From positions 1-64,000 of the forward strand of contig JAHLWZ010000605.1 of NCBI GenBank assembly GCA_020536535.1: a stretch of 64,000 nt of DNA. The letters are read 5' to 3'. Positions 23,585 through 36,074 of this stretch are shown in pieces. The notes under the pieces are model-generated. The model ran no database searches. It had not been told where the DNA came from and worked only from the letters and a program-made list of their open reading frames with translations. The position numbers and the translations under genes are program-made. The stretch comes from Pelomyxa schiedti (taxonomy: Eukaryota > Protista > Evosea). Position 1 is the first letter of the stretch. Every line of letters starts with the position of its first letter.

Positions 23585-23956
23585 CGTCGCGAGATTGTTG
23601 TTTCTTCTTATTGTCAGATTCACCGAACTCGGTTTGTGGCCGGGCCCATAATCCTGCTTGAAGTAGTCAAGAACGAGGTATAGCCCGCCGGAGACGGCCT
23701 TATCCTGTAGGCCCTTAAAGGGAATCACTGACTCGTTTGGTGGTTCTTCTCGTTAGGTCTGAGAGGCTTACCTTCAGTTAACAAAAAAAATGTGTACTCT
23801 CATTTATGGGGGTCCGCAAACCAGAAGGATTAAAACTTGTATTTTTTTTTTTTTTTTTTTTTTGTTGTTGTTATTTTGGGTAATGGGGTGCAAGGGGACT
23901 TTCTCCTCAGCACAGGTGCTACAGATAAAGTGGGAACGAGTGACCTACTTCAGGGT

Positions 23957-25807
23957 TCACAGAGACAAACCAAAGGGTTTTACAACTCTGGACAAGGCAG
24001 CACGGGAGCGAAGTAGGGATAGTACAAGCCCATAGTTGGTTATGGGAACTTTGCTCTGCTCAAGGTCATTTAATCTGGAACCCATGCCCTGCTGGTCTAG
24101 CATGCAGCCTCCACAGTGTACAACTAGTGAATATTGCCTCAAGTCACGCTGCTGATACTCACGCCCAAAGGCGTGCTCTACCTTCACAACACCTTGCCCA
24201 AATCGCCGTGCTATTCCAGCAGGAATTTGCTTTGTGCCAATGTCATCAAGGATGCGGTCGTGGTTGCAGGCTTCGCAAATCAGGACACGGTCCCCCTTTC
24301 CGAGTTTTTCAAAGCGTCGCAAGCCTTCCACAAATTGGGGAAGCCTGTTGAGTTTGAGTATTTGACTGCTGAGAGAAGAGACAACCTGCCCTGGCTGAGA
24401 TAATTTATCATACAGATGGAAAACGTGGTGATTGGTACTAATTCCGCACCTGTCTTTTTGTCCATGGTCCAAGGATCTACAACATCCACGGCTTGAGAAT
24501 CGGTAATTAATAGCCTTGAGGTAGATGAAAATTACTAATCAACTCTTGTATAAAATACCTACTTCAATCTATCTCCTGTCTTGAGTACATTGATGTTGTC
24601 TCTGAATCTTTTTTCTTCTGTTTCCCGAATTCTTACGTCAGTGCTTCTCGCTTTCCGCAGATCCATTCTATAAGCAAAAGTATTCACTTTTGGTGGTGTA
24701 AGTAAAATTGTTAAAGAAATACAGACAAACCATAGTTACGAACGAGTGCCTCTTGGGTGATAGCTTGGGGGCGCAAGAAACGAGCATTGGGAGTTTCTTC
24801 ATCCATAGGAATGTCTGTCCAAAAGTTATCGGCTTTAGTGGGAAACAGGCTTCACATACTTAAAAAAACAACCGAGTCATGGGGTAAGCCTACATGGGTT
24901 GGAATCAGTGGAACTGCGCTTGTGTGTTGTTTGCTTGCTGATTCCACCCACGCAATGACACGTGACCCCGCATTTGGATCTGCGAGATTAACAGCTAAGG
25001 TAGGACAGAGTAATTCTCCTGCCTCAATTCCAAACATTATTCTTAAAGAATAAGACAATGGGTGAGTATTACCTTGTTCCGAATCCCGAGTTTATCTTCT
25101 GTTGCTTCTAACAGAGTATTGAAATCTTGCTGGCTAGTTTGGTGCCCAGAAGAGAACAAATTAAAGAGAACAAGAAGCTTGTTAGCCTTTCTATCGCCAG
25201 GTTTCCGCTGTGCTAGCATCTTACTTATAATTGTTTGCGCAGGCAGTACGGAAGATAATTCGTATGGGTTCACAACCACGACCACAATGTCAGATTCATT
25301 GAGGTTTCCCATAGCTTTAACACGTTTCTTGTCACCAAGAAGACCTTGGGGGAGGGTGAAATTCAAATGAAGGGCCAGGTAACGGATAAGCTCAAGTCAC
25401 CTTCTTCATCAATTCCTGGGGTGTCGAAAAGTTTCACAGGACCCAAGCCGTGCACCTCCATCAGTGCTACCTTGGTGTCAGCAGTAGTTCCGGGTTTAGA
25501 GTCCACAATTGAAGTCTGTGTGCCAGTAATGACATTCATAAGAGTAGACTTTCCAACGTTCATTGCACCTGTGGTTTTAAAATGGTGTTCAATACAACAG
25601 TCCCTCTGTGCACAGAGGTATAGGCTACTAACCAAAAATGCCTATGTTTGTCCTCAACAACGGAGTATCGACTATCCTGTTTGCAGCAGGGGTAGACGAC
25701 TTACGAGAGGCCGAGTGGCCACGGTTGCCAACACGTGAACCCAGCAACGACCAGCCGTAACTACGACACGACACCAGTGGAAAAGACACACCAACACTCT
25801 GCAGCAT
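23957..25807 (-). CDS. hydF: [FeFe]-hydrogenase maturase GTPase HydF with N-terminal organellar presequence
   Basis: 'RTNIGIFG|AMNVGKSTLMN...GTTAD', 'LFDTPGIDE', Fe-S ligands 'EACNHD...DDIG...HCGGCM', and 'VPITNYG'. Confidence 0.95.
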
Positions 25808-26172
25808 TTGTTTTTATTTTGTGGTTTTGAGCTACAGCGAACTGCACCAGGAAGTACCCTGATTTTTAGCAGGGGATTCCTGTCAAGGCCTTCGAGCCTG
25901 CCAATTCGATAAGGTTGAGGATCCAAAAAAAGTAGAGAAATTCCGTGGCGCCTCGCAGCTCGGCTTTGAGCACTTTTTCGTCGGCCGAACTTTTTTTGCC
26001 CTTAGGGTAACGCACGCGTGTGTGCGCCACACCACACTCGTTGGTCCCAATCCAACCCAACCATACTCCACACGACCACTCCCTCCTCACTCTCTGCCAA
26101 CCGCTTTATTATTATTTTTTCCACTGCCCCACATACATACTCACAGACCCACAATAACAACAACAACCCAAG

Positions 26173-29100
26173 ATGGCCGATGGAGGCAGTGCCCCCATAC
26201 CACAGCGCCGCGGCCTGTTCATGACCCGGGACAGGCAACAAACCAACGCGCCACTGCCTTCTTCTACCACCACTCCCGGCAGCAGCACCAGCCCCGGTCC
26301 CAGCCCCGGCACCAACGGCGGCTCAGTAAATAGCTCAAGTGGGGCCACCAAGTTAGAGCCGCCGCCGCTTTCTGTCATTGCGGCGATGTTGCCTCCTCCC
26401 ACAACTGTGGCGCCGCTGCCCCCTGGCATGCAAATTAATACCGGCACGCCCACCTCTGCTGCGTCCTCTTCCTCTTCGTCTTCCTCTGCCACCTCTTCGT
26501 CGGCACTTTCGTCTTCTCCGCCACAAATGGGGGTAATGACGTCACAGCCGAATGGCAACAGCACCGGGAGCGCAGCTGCCGTTCAGGGTGACTCTTCGGC
26601 GAAGGAGTCTGCTGATGGGGGTTCTGAACAACAGGGAGGCTCTTCCAGGCACCCACAATTTGTGAGAACACAGTCATTACTTCCAAAGGGACTCTCCCAG
26701 ACGTTGATGGATGCTGCCTCTTCTTCCTCGCACCTGAGTGGCAGGATATTATCTACATCGGCAAAATCGGCTCTGCAAGGGGCAACACTCAGGGGAGTAT
26801 CTGCACAATCAAGCCGTGATGCTACACCCCTGTATGCTCCTTCCTTGTTTACTTTTTTTTTGAGAAATTAATTTTCCTCTTTTTCCACTATTACAGTGAA
26901 ATTATAGAAATGGTATATCCTTCTCTTACGGTGATGGCCCATATTACTTTTTGACTTTCAATAGGCTCTCTTGGAGTTACTTGCACTTCACAAATTTTCT
27001 TTTGAAAATATTTGGGAGGTAATTGAGTTTTCAACTCCTTTTTTTAATTTAACATTGCTCTTGGAAAAAAAAATAGGGGGAGCCTGGCTTATTCCCGATA
27101 TTGTACTCTCTTTAAAAAACCAATCTATCTTATTTCTTTGAAGATATCAGTTCAAAGAGCAGTTTTTCTCCATATCGTCTTCTGATAAATCCGCAAAGCC
27201 CCTTCTTGTGCTTAATTTTCCTGAGAGTGCTACACTTCCCCAAAAAAGATTCCGTGTTCAGAGCTCTTGGACTGTCCAAAAGGTGCTAAATCTTGTTTGC
27301 CAAAAATTTCCCGCTCTTTCAGGATCAGAGTATGTTCTTTCAACTCTGCAGCTGACTCAACATTGCCCACAGGTTAGGTCTATTTTGTATCAAAGGTTTT
27401 CGCTTGATCAATAACGAGCCATTGGCTTCTTTTGGCTTTGGCACTCTTTTTCAAAGTTGGGAGTTGCATGTTCAAGTTCTGCCACAACATGACAAACTTC
27501 CGGCCTCGTTCTCTCCACCAGTGAGATCCCTTCTAAGTCCGACCCCTTCTCTAATGGGGTCTAGCCGAATGGCTTCTCCTGGTGAAGCTACAACAACAGT
27601 AGCAACAACGACCCCAACTGCAACAGTTTCTTCACCTACCTCCACCCAAACTCCTTCACCCCAAGAGCATGACACGCATGCCCGTCCACAAGCAGTTCAA
27701 ACTATAACGTTCGATCTTCCTCCCTTATTGTTACTTGGTGGTCTGCAAAAAAAGACTGTCAGGATAACTCCAGTAAGTGTTTTCTCCCTCATTTCTAGCT
27801 TATTAAAGTATGACAGGAACAATTACACGAACCCATACGCAACATCATAAAATCTGTTTGCTCCAAATTTGAAATACCTAATAGTGAGGATTTTTCCCTG
27901 GTTACCACAGATCCTAGTGAGGCCATACTGTTATCATCAGACGCCACACTGGAGTCCTATGGGTCATACTTCTTCTCATCTTTTCTTTTGTTCACAATTC
28001 CTAAGACTTGGGTGGAAATTCAACACATGGAACTTGGTAATTGCATTTACTTCATTATGTGAAATTGGAAGTACCGTTCAAGGTGGGGCCCAAATTCAGC
28101 CTTCACTAAAGGGTGAATGGCGTTGGGTTGATGTGTCAAGAGCTAATCTTGGTATTTGTCCAGTTTTCCCTTACCCTTCTCACTTGAAATAGTAATACCT
28201 GAGGCCAAAATCTTAATTCGCTACCTTGACACAACTGTATCCCAGCAAAGTGAAATCATCACACAACAATTAAATGACTATGCAACCCTGGAAGAAAATC
28301 TCTCCAACAGCATGGCTTCCTGTGATTTGTTGGAGGTAGAAAAGGCACAACTCATAGATGAGCGGGACCAGCTTACTGCCGAAAAATCTCAATTTGCAGC
28401 AATGTTGGTGGAAAAGGAAGCCACCATTGATGTTATGCAAAGCAATGTCACCTCTCTGCATGAACAACTTCAAGCTCAGCAGCGTGCTGTATGACCCTTT
28501 CTTTGTTTCATCTTGATTGAGTGAACAAAGGCAGATGAGAAGGCAGAACAAGCTCTTGACGCCTACAATCACTTAGCTGCGGAGAAATCGGCAGAAATAT
28601 CTGAAGTCAGGGCATCCCGAGATGCGTTGGAGAGTGAATTGGCCAGGGCACGAGCACAAATTGCAGAAACTAATAACAAGGTCTTTTTCACGCCTTCCTT
28701 TGCAATCGAGTGAAACCAACCCTCACACAGTTGGCACAAATGACTACCGAGAGGGACGATTTAGAAAAAGTGTGGATCACCACAAAGCAAGAAGCAGCAG
28801 GCCTCAGAGATGAGCTCTCGAAAACAAAGAACGAGTTTGCTGAATTCCAAATACAACACACTGAAGCAATGGAGAGCTCCAAAAAGAGAATAGAAAAGCT
28901 GAAAGTAAACTCACAGTGAAAACAGCTCAATGCTTATACAAAATGCAGGCCAAACTTGCGGAATCCCAGAAACTTGAGGAAGAAGCACAAATAGAAAAAA
29001 AGAACCTCTCTGCCCAGCTTACCCAAAACTCCAATGCACACACACACACAGTAAAACAATTTGAGGAACGTGTTGCAAGTCTCCAAAAGGAAATATCTGA

Positions 29101-31131
29101 ACTCAATCAAAACCTTGTTGCTGCAAATTCCTCAGAGGCAGCTGCCAAAGAACAGGTTTCTTTGAACCTTTGTATTAATGTTTCTTACTCCCTCTGAACT
29201 CCAGATTCAAGAATTGACTGATAATATGCAAAGACTCAGTGCACAACAGCAGCAGGAGCAGCAGGAACACAGACACCAAATCGATGTTTTGGAGCACTCT
29301 ATTTCCTCTCTACAAGAGAATGCGGAGGTAATGCGCCAGAGACATGCTGAGGAGATTGACTTGCTCCGTAAAACACAAGAGGATGAAGCTGCCCAGCATC
29401 AGGCTTCCACACAAAAGCTTGTTGCGCAACTTGCACTTCTCAGTGAGCAAAGTGGTGAAATGCGACAGCAGGCGGAACAAAAACTTGTTCAACTTTCACA
29501 GATGAATGAAGAAATCGAAGTCAAAAGGAAACAAGACGAACTTGCTCTTAAACGCAATGTTACAAGTACTGTAAAAAAGAAAAAACGCAAGCTAATAGAA
29601 AATAGAACTGGAGCATGATTTGTCGGATAGCAATTCACAATATTCCAAGCTACAATTGCAGTTTTCTCAGTCGCAAGCCGAGATAAAAGCTCTGAAGGTT
29701 GTAGAATTTAGAGTCCATTCTATGTAATCATAATTAGGAAAGAATTGAAGAACAAGAGAATATGCATACAGCTACTGCAAAAAAACTACAGACAAAGATT
29801 GCTTCACTAACAACAGTATTGAATTACACTAAAGAGTGAGTGTAGTTTAAAACGCCTTCCATAGGAAGTGGCAACTGCAAAGGAGAAATGGCGTACAACC
29901 ATTTCCTTGGGCAATCAAAAAGCCAAACAGCTTCTCTCTCTTAATGCCCGACTTCTTCAACAAGTATCTTTTCCAAACTTCCATCTCGATTGAAATTAAT
30001 CTCTATTTCTTAAGGCCGAACAAGAAAAAAAGCGGTTTCAAGAAGAATCTAAAGTAAGCAGTAAGCGCGCGCAACGAGTCAGGGAATTGGAAAGCCAAGT
30101 CGAGACTCTCAATAGTCAACTGGAATCACATAAGTTGCAAGTTGAAACACTGACACAATGTGGATTACAAACGGGAAAAATGCAAGAGGCAAGATATGCA
30201 CTTTTTACACAAACCTTGACCATATTTAGACCCTTTCTGCAGAACTGGCACAAACAAAAGAAACCTTCACAAGGTAATGTTTCACGCTGCAATTCACCCT
30301 AATTTCCTTGTAGGGAGGTTGCACTACTTCAAAAGAGCGTGCAAAGTTTAGAAGAGCAACTGAAGGTTCCTTTATAGTGACTGGTTGCAAGATTAACTTC
30401 ATTTCCTTTCAGGAATCACAAAGCCACAGTAGCGAAACTCAGTCCCTATTGACTTCCAAAGATGAGCTACTCCGGTCAACACAAGCCGCCGTCGAAGAGG
30501 AACAGCGCAAGGGTGTCAAGTGTGTCCGCTCCCCCCTCCCATATTCCGCGAATCCAAAAAAAACCCCCTCTTAACCCATAACCCAAAAAAAAAAAAAAAA
30601 AAAAAAAAANNNNNNNNNNNNNNNNNNNNNNNNNNNNNNNNNNNNNNNNNNNNNNNNNNNNNNNNNNNNNNNNNNNNNNNNNNNNNNNNNNNNNNNNNNN
30701 NNNNNNNNNCAAAAAAAAAAAAAAAAAAAAAAAAGGGCACAGAACACCATATCCAAGCTCACCAACCAAATCAAGGCGCTGGAAGATCAACTGGCGGACA
30801 CGACGCGTGGCCGGGCGCACACCCACCTCGACATACTCACGCCGGCGGCCGCGGCCCTCGTTGCCAACACGTCGACGTCGCCGGAGCTCCCGCCCGCGCT
30901 CCCGACGCAGGTGTCGTCGGCGCCGCCAGCGCCGCCGCCGCCAAAGCCGGCCGCCGCGCCGCCGGTCCCGCCGCCGCCTCCCAACGCCGGCGGATTCAAG
31001 GCGGCCAAGCCGACAGCGAGCACATCCACCAACCTGATTGCGCAGATAAACGCACAGAAGCAACAACTGATGAAAAGGCAGCCGGAGGAGAAGAAGTCAA
31101 AGGTAACACTACCTTGTCCACTGTAGTATAG
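26173..31131 (+). CDS. Protein with ubiquitin-like domains, long coiled coil, proline-rich region and WH2-like C-terminus (spans assembly gap)
   Basis: S/T-rich N-terminus. Two related beta-grasp-like segments end in 'PLASFGFGTLFQSWELHV' and 'TLESYG..LGWKFNTWNLV'. Coiled coil at about 28190-30510. After the gap: 'PPAPPPPKPAAAPPVPPPPP...NLIAQINAQKQQLMKR'. Confidence 0.55.
30610..30709. other. Assembly gap (100 N) flanked by poly-A runs
   Basis: Run of N in the sequence. Confidence 1.
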
Positions 31132-31548
31132 GTTTATGCTAAATTATAAATACTATGGCACCTAAAACACCCGCGCACACCGTCCCACAATCTCCTTATA
31201 CGTTTGGCAGACGGATCCATCACAAATTCACTCTGTTGCCGAGCTTCTGTATGTGTCCCTGCACAAAAAATTCCAGTCTGTGCACGAGAACGGTGAAGCT
31301 GAAGATCTGGACGATGTGACTGACGATTTTGTGTAATTTATCATAAAGAACACATTCACCCAGCAACAACAGGTTCTGTTGTTTAAACAACGCCGTGCAG
31401 CAAATTTCCCTCCCTACTTGTCTCATTTTTCCGTATTCGGCTTCAGCAGATCGCCGAAATCACTCCCGTGATTAGGAAAAACGCAACAACCCAAGCAGGA
31501 ATACCACCGTTCCCCTCGTTTCTGAGGTCAGCAACCCACCAACACAAC

Positions 31549-34500
31549 ATGTCCACACCAATTGGAACACCAGACAATACCCCACAGGCCTTACAGCCGC
31601 CATGCACAACCACCACCACGACTACCACAACCACAACCACAACCACCACCACAACAACAACCAGGTCTACGTCCCCAAGCGGCGAGGGCAGCGGGTCCAG
31701 GGGGGGACCAAGGAGGCTTCTGTCGTGCACGCCCCCGCCGCGGCGCGCCATGTCAGCCATGCTGCCGCCTCCCTCGCACTCGCCAACCAACAGCGGCGCG
31801 GCTGCCCCTCCTCGAGGCGGCGGCACTAGCAACAGGGCGTGGTGGGAGGACGAAGACGACGAGGACGAGGAGGCGGGGAGGGGGGGAGCCGCGCCCCAGC
31901 GCCCGTCCCCCTCCCCGTCCTCCTGCTACTCCCCCTCCCCCTCCTCCTCCTCCTCCTCCTCCTCGTCGTCGGGCAGTGAGGGTGGGACTGGGGTCGCAGA
32001 GACTGGCGGCGGCAGCAGGGGCCAGCAGCGCGGGCACGAGTGCTGCCCAAGCGACGGAGGAAGCGGCAAGGATGGCGACAGCAACGGCGGTAGCCGCGAC
32101 GACGACGACGACGACGCGGCCAGCTGCTCGCCCAGGAAGAAGCACCGGGGCTGCTGCGCGGCGAGGAACCAGGACCACGTTCAGAACGCGCAAGGGGCGA
32201 ATGTGTGCACGCCGTTGAAGGGCGGCGGCGGCGGCAGCCGTGGGGCCAGCGACTTCGGCGGCGTGAGCTGCTCGCAGGCGGATTCGGCTTCCAAGGGTGC
32301 TGGCGCTGTGTTCATGAGCCAGCCGGTGTTGAGCACGGGAGTGGGCACCCCAAAAAGGAATTCCTATGTGGAGAAATTCCAATCCCCGCCAAAGACACCG
32401 AAACCTCCACCGGCTTCCGCTCGCAAGGTACTTCAAAAATTCTTGCTTGTATGGTCTGACCAACATCCTATAGGCTGTGAGCTACTTTTCTTCCCCGGAT
32501 GTTAATTCACCTTGGTACACTTTCACAGTACCACTTCTAATAGAGAGCTAATTTCATACACGTCAGTAATTTTCTTTTTCCCACCAACAAAGTTCAGGAT
32601 TTCATCTGGGAGGCATTTGTTGCGGTCTATGTCTACTCCTGTAGTGTGTACCAAGCAACTTTTTGGAGGAGACTTACATATATAGATAACTTCACAAGAC
32701 TTGGCACACCTGGGAGGTGCTGCCAGTTCAGCTTCAGACATTTCTGAAGTATGGGGGGAAGTTGAAGAGATTGTTGTAGACAGGAAAATGCGGTTCTGTA
32801 CACCAAGGAGAGTGCACATCACTGCAGAGAAAATTTCTTTTTCTCCTGTGCGTAGTCCTTTCCCCCATGAAATTGATTGAACATGGTGCATTTCATTTAC
32901 ATCTAACCTAGATTGCTCTTGTTCCACTTGACGCCCTTGACTTTACCAACATTGTTGACATAGCAATGACTGACAGTCCTCCTGCCATTGTTGCACTCCA
33001 GAGGTATCTATAGGAACTAAAGTTACCATCTCACTCTCTTTTCCTCTTCAGTTTAGTAGAAACCCCCCAGCACATCCATAAAACAATATCTATCGTTTTT
33101 GAGCTCAAGAATAAAAACACTCAAGCTAAAATGGCTTCCTTCCGGCGTGCACTTGAAGCAATTCTTTTGAAAGTGACCACCACAAACAAAGATGCACAAG
33201 AACCCTCCGAGCCTGTGTTTCAGATCGGTGAGCCCTGCACGAGTATCACAGAAGACGACCCGCCTACGTTATCTCAAACAATAGACCAACCTCCACTTCT
33301 CCTTCGTCACCTGCAAATTGTTGAAGCGTCTGAACTAAAATCAAGCCACCTCAAGTACTGGAGAATGAAAACGTTTACAACCAGCAAACTCCCAGCTGTG
33401 TTATTTCAGTATATATTGTCGCCTCTGCCGTCTTCACCTAAATCAGCCAAGGTTGTCCACCAGCAGTCACCTGCCTTGACGCCATCCTCCACCTCCTCTC
33501 CTGCTCTCAACCCTTCTGGAATCGATTCCATCATCATTCAAGAAAATACACCAACTCCCGCCACCCCTGACATCACTGGTGCCTCAGAAACTCAAAATAC
33601 ATCTATAGAAATCACTGGCAGTGATTTCACACGCTTAGATCCCGGCAACCTCCTGAATGATACTGTCATCGAATTTTTCTTGCACTATATACAACACCAC
33701 ATCATGCACAGTAGACAACGCAATCGCTTCTACTTTTTCAATACATTTGCATTTGTTCATATTCACAATGGAGCCTGGGAAAGACTTTTGCATTGGATAA
33801 AAGATCAAGACCTCTTTTCCTATGACTACCTAGTAATTCCTGTGCATCACCGGCATGAACGACAGCAACAAACAGAAGTGGAGACTGAACTACCATTGAC
33901 AAATCACTGGAGTATTGTCATAGCATGCCTTTCCCAAGATGGGTTTCGGGATTATGGTAGATGCTTCATTCATTTGGATTCTTTGGGTTCATCCCTTGAG
34001 GAACACAGTGTGGAAAACCTCAAACTGGTTTGCCAATTATATCTTCCTCAAGACTTTCTGACATTCCACAGTTCCTCTCAAAACATTGGCAAAGCAAGTA
34101 CCCATACTCCACTGATTCTTTTTCTGATATGCAAGTTGTAACGCCTTCTCTTCCTATGCAACACAATGGGAGTGACTGCGGTGTTTACTTACTGGGATAC
34201 ATTCTGGCCTTTGCTACAACTTTTCCTTCAAGTCTATGTGATTTCACCTTATGGAAGGGACTACTTGACGCCGTACCATACAACTTGCAGTCCTCCTGGC
34301 CCGTTCACCAGCCTTTGTCACAACAATCCCAGTCACCGTCGCAGCTACAGCGGCGGAGCTCCGGCATAGACTTCTTGAGATATGACATCCAGGAGGTAAT
34401 CGTGTCACTCATGTGCAGCTCCGATTCCCTCGGATTCCACTCACCCGCAACGCAACAGCAGCAGTCAGCTACCCACAGACGCACACCGACACCTCAGCGG

Positions 34501-34905
34501 CGCTACTCCACAACAACACCATCGCCTCCACAGTCACCGCACACATCGCCCCAGGTCACAACCCCAACACCCTCACCACCTTCACTGCTATCTCCATTCA
34601 CAGGCATTGCTTCACCATCACCCCCACTGCTGCTAAAGGAACTGGATTCCTTGAGTCTGGTGGCAAAACCCTTCAAGAAAACTGTACAAGACCAACGGGA
34701 ACAGGAGGAAACAACATCAACAACTGAAGAACAGACACAACCACAACAGCAGGCCAACAAAATAAGAAAAGAGGCTGCTTCCAACAACACCAACACTCCA
34801 TCACATCACCCTGTTATGGATTCACACAAATTGTCTCTTGTGGTTTGTGTGAGTGTGGGTGGTTTCAGTGTACCAGAACGCATAGAAAATGCCAACAATA
34901 TGTAG
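31549..34905 (+). CDS. SUMO/Ulp1-family protease (peptidase C48, Ulp2/SENP6-7-like)
   Basis: 'ITGSDFTRLDPGNLLNDTVIEFFL', 'FYFFNTF', 'DYLVIPVH', 'HWSIVI', 'HLDSL' and 'PMQHNGSDCGVYLL' (His-Asp-Cys triad). The N-terminus is long and low-complexity. Confidence 0.92.
31605..31665 (+). repeat. (ACC/ACA)n coding microsatellite (poly-Thr)
   Basis: About 19 consecutive Thr codons. Confidence 0.9.
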
Positions 34906-34959
34906 GGAACTGAATTGTAAAAAAGAATTCCACAAGAAAACAAAATTTCCCTTTGTTCT

Positions 34960-35942
34960 TCAGGGTGACCTTTTTTTTCCGGTTGTCAGTAAAAGAAACA
35001 TATATGTTTGAATAAGAAACATACCCAGGGATCACAGTAGTGATTGGTGGAAGAGTGTTATCATCAATGTTGGATGCATTTGCAGCAGAGGGTGGCATTC
35101 TTGCTGCTGCTGCTATAGCTTGTTGCAACAATTGTTGAGCCACCATTATCTGTTCTTGATGCTTTTGCATTATCTCTTCTGTTGGTGAAAGTGAGAAAAA
35201 AAAAGCACAACAAAAGAATAATAAAAATATATTCATATGACAACATAACGGGCCTTGAAACACACAAAACAAAACACCACTACACACACACACAAAAAAA
35301 GCAATAACCTGATTGAGGAGAAGGCATGAGGTTGTGTGCCATCATCCAAGTGAAAAAAGGTGTAGTGTTCATTGGGCCCCCAGGTTGTGGCTGTGATTGG
35401 TTTGCACCATGAGTGTGATACTGCTGTGATTGTTGAGACTGTGATTGCGTCTGCTGTTGCAGAGGTGGTGTGTGTTGTGTTGGAATGTGGACAGAATGTT
35501 GGTGTTGCTGTTGCTGCTGTTGCTCTTGTTTTTGTTGTTGCTGTTGCATTTGTAGCTGTATGTGCTGCTGCAGTTGCTGCAGCTGCTGCAGTTGCTGTTG
35601 CTGTTGTGCGTAGTCGCCGGAGTTGTTTGTGGGGCTGGCGTTGGGGCCGCCGACGCCGAGGACGCTGGCGAGGATTGAATTATGGGTTACATTAAGGGCG
35701 TTGTTGCCCCCGCCCCGGGGTTGCTGTTGCGGTTGCTGTTGCTGTTGTTGTGCGGAGATAATGGATGTGGTGGAAGGCGAATTGGACAGGAGGGAGGTGG
35801 ATGAGGATGACCTGGGGGCCCGCTGCCGCGATTGTGGGACGGTGTTGATGGCGTCTTCCTCGCACTCGTAGTCACTTTTAATCGGGATCCCCGACGACGC
35901 CGTTGTGGAGCTTATGGGAGGGGGCGGTGTGGCGGCCGACAT
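34960..35942 (-). CDS. Glutamine-rich low-complexity protein, function unknown
   Basis: ORF 'MSAATPPPPISS...QQQQ...TPFFTWMMAHNLMPSPQS', plus a downstream exon 'EEIMQKHQEQIMVAQQLLQQAIAAAA'. The 3' end is approximate. Confidence 0.55.
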
Positions 35943-36074
35943 CGCAGTCTCTGCGCTGATTCTCAAGCCCCTTCACCCCGAAAATGCGGTTGTTTGGTAA
36001 TTTGCAATTTTGCCCGGAGACCTCGGCCATCTGTCCACGTTTGGAACCCGAAAACAATCACCACGCCAAATCTT

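Noticed and set aside
30476-31131. ORFs containing poly-K/poly-F and X
   Set aside because: They are artefacts of reading through poly-A runs and the N gap.
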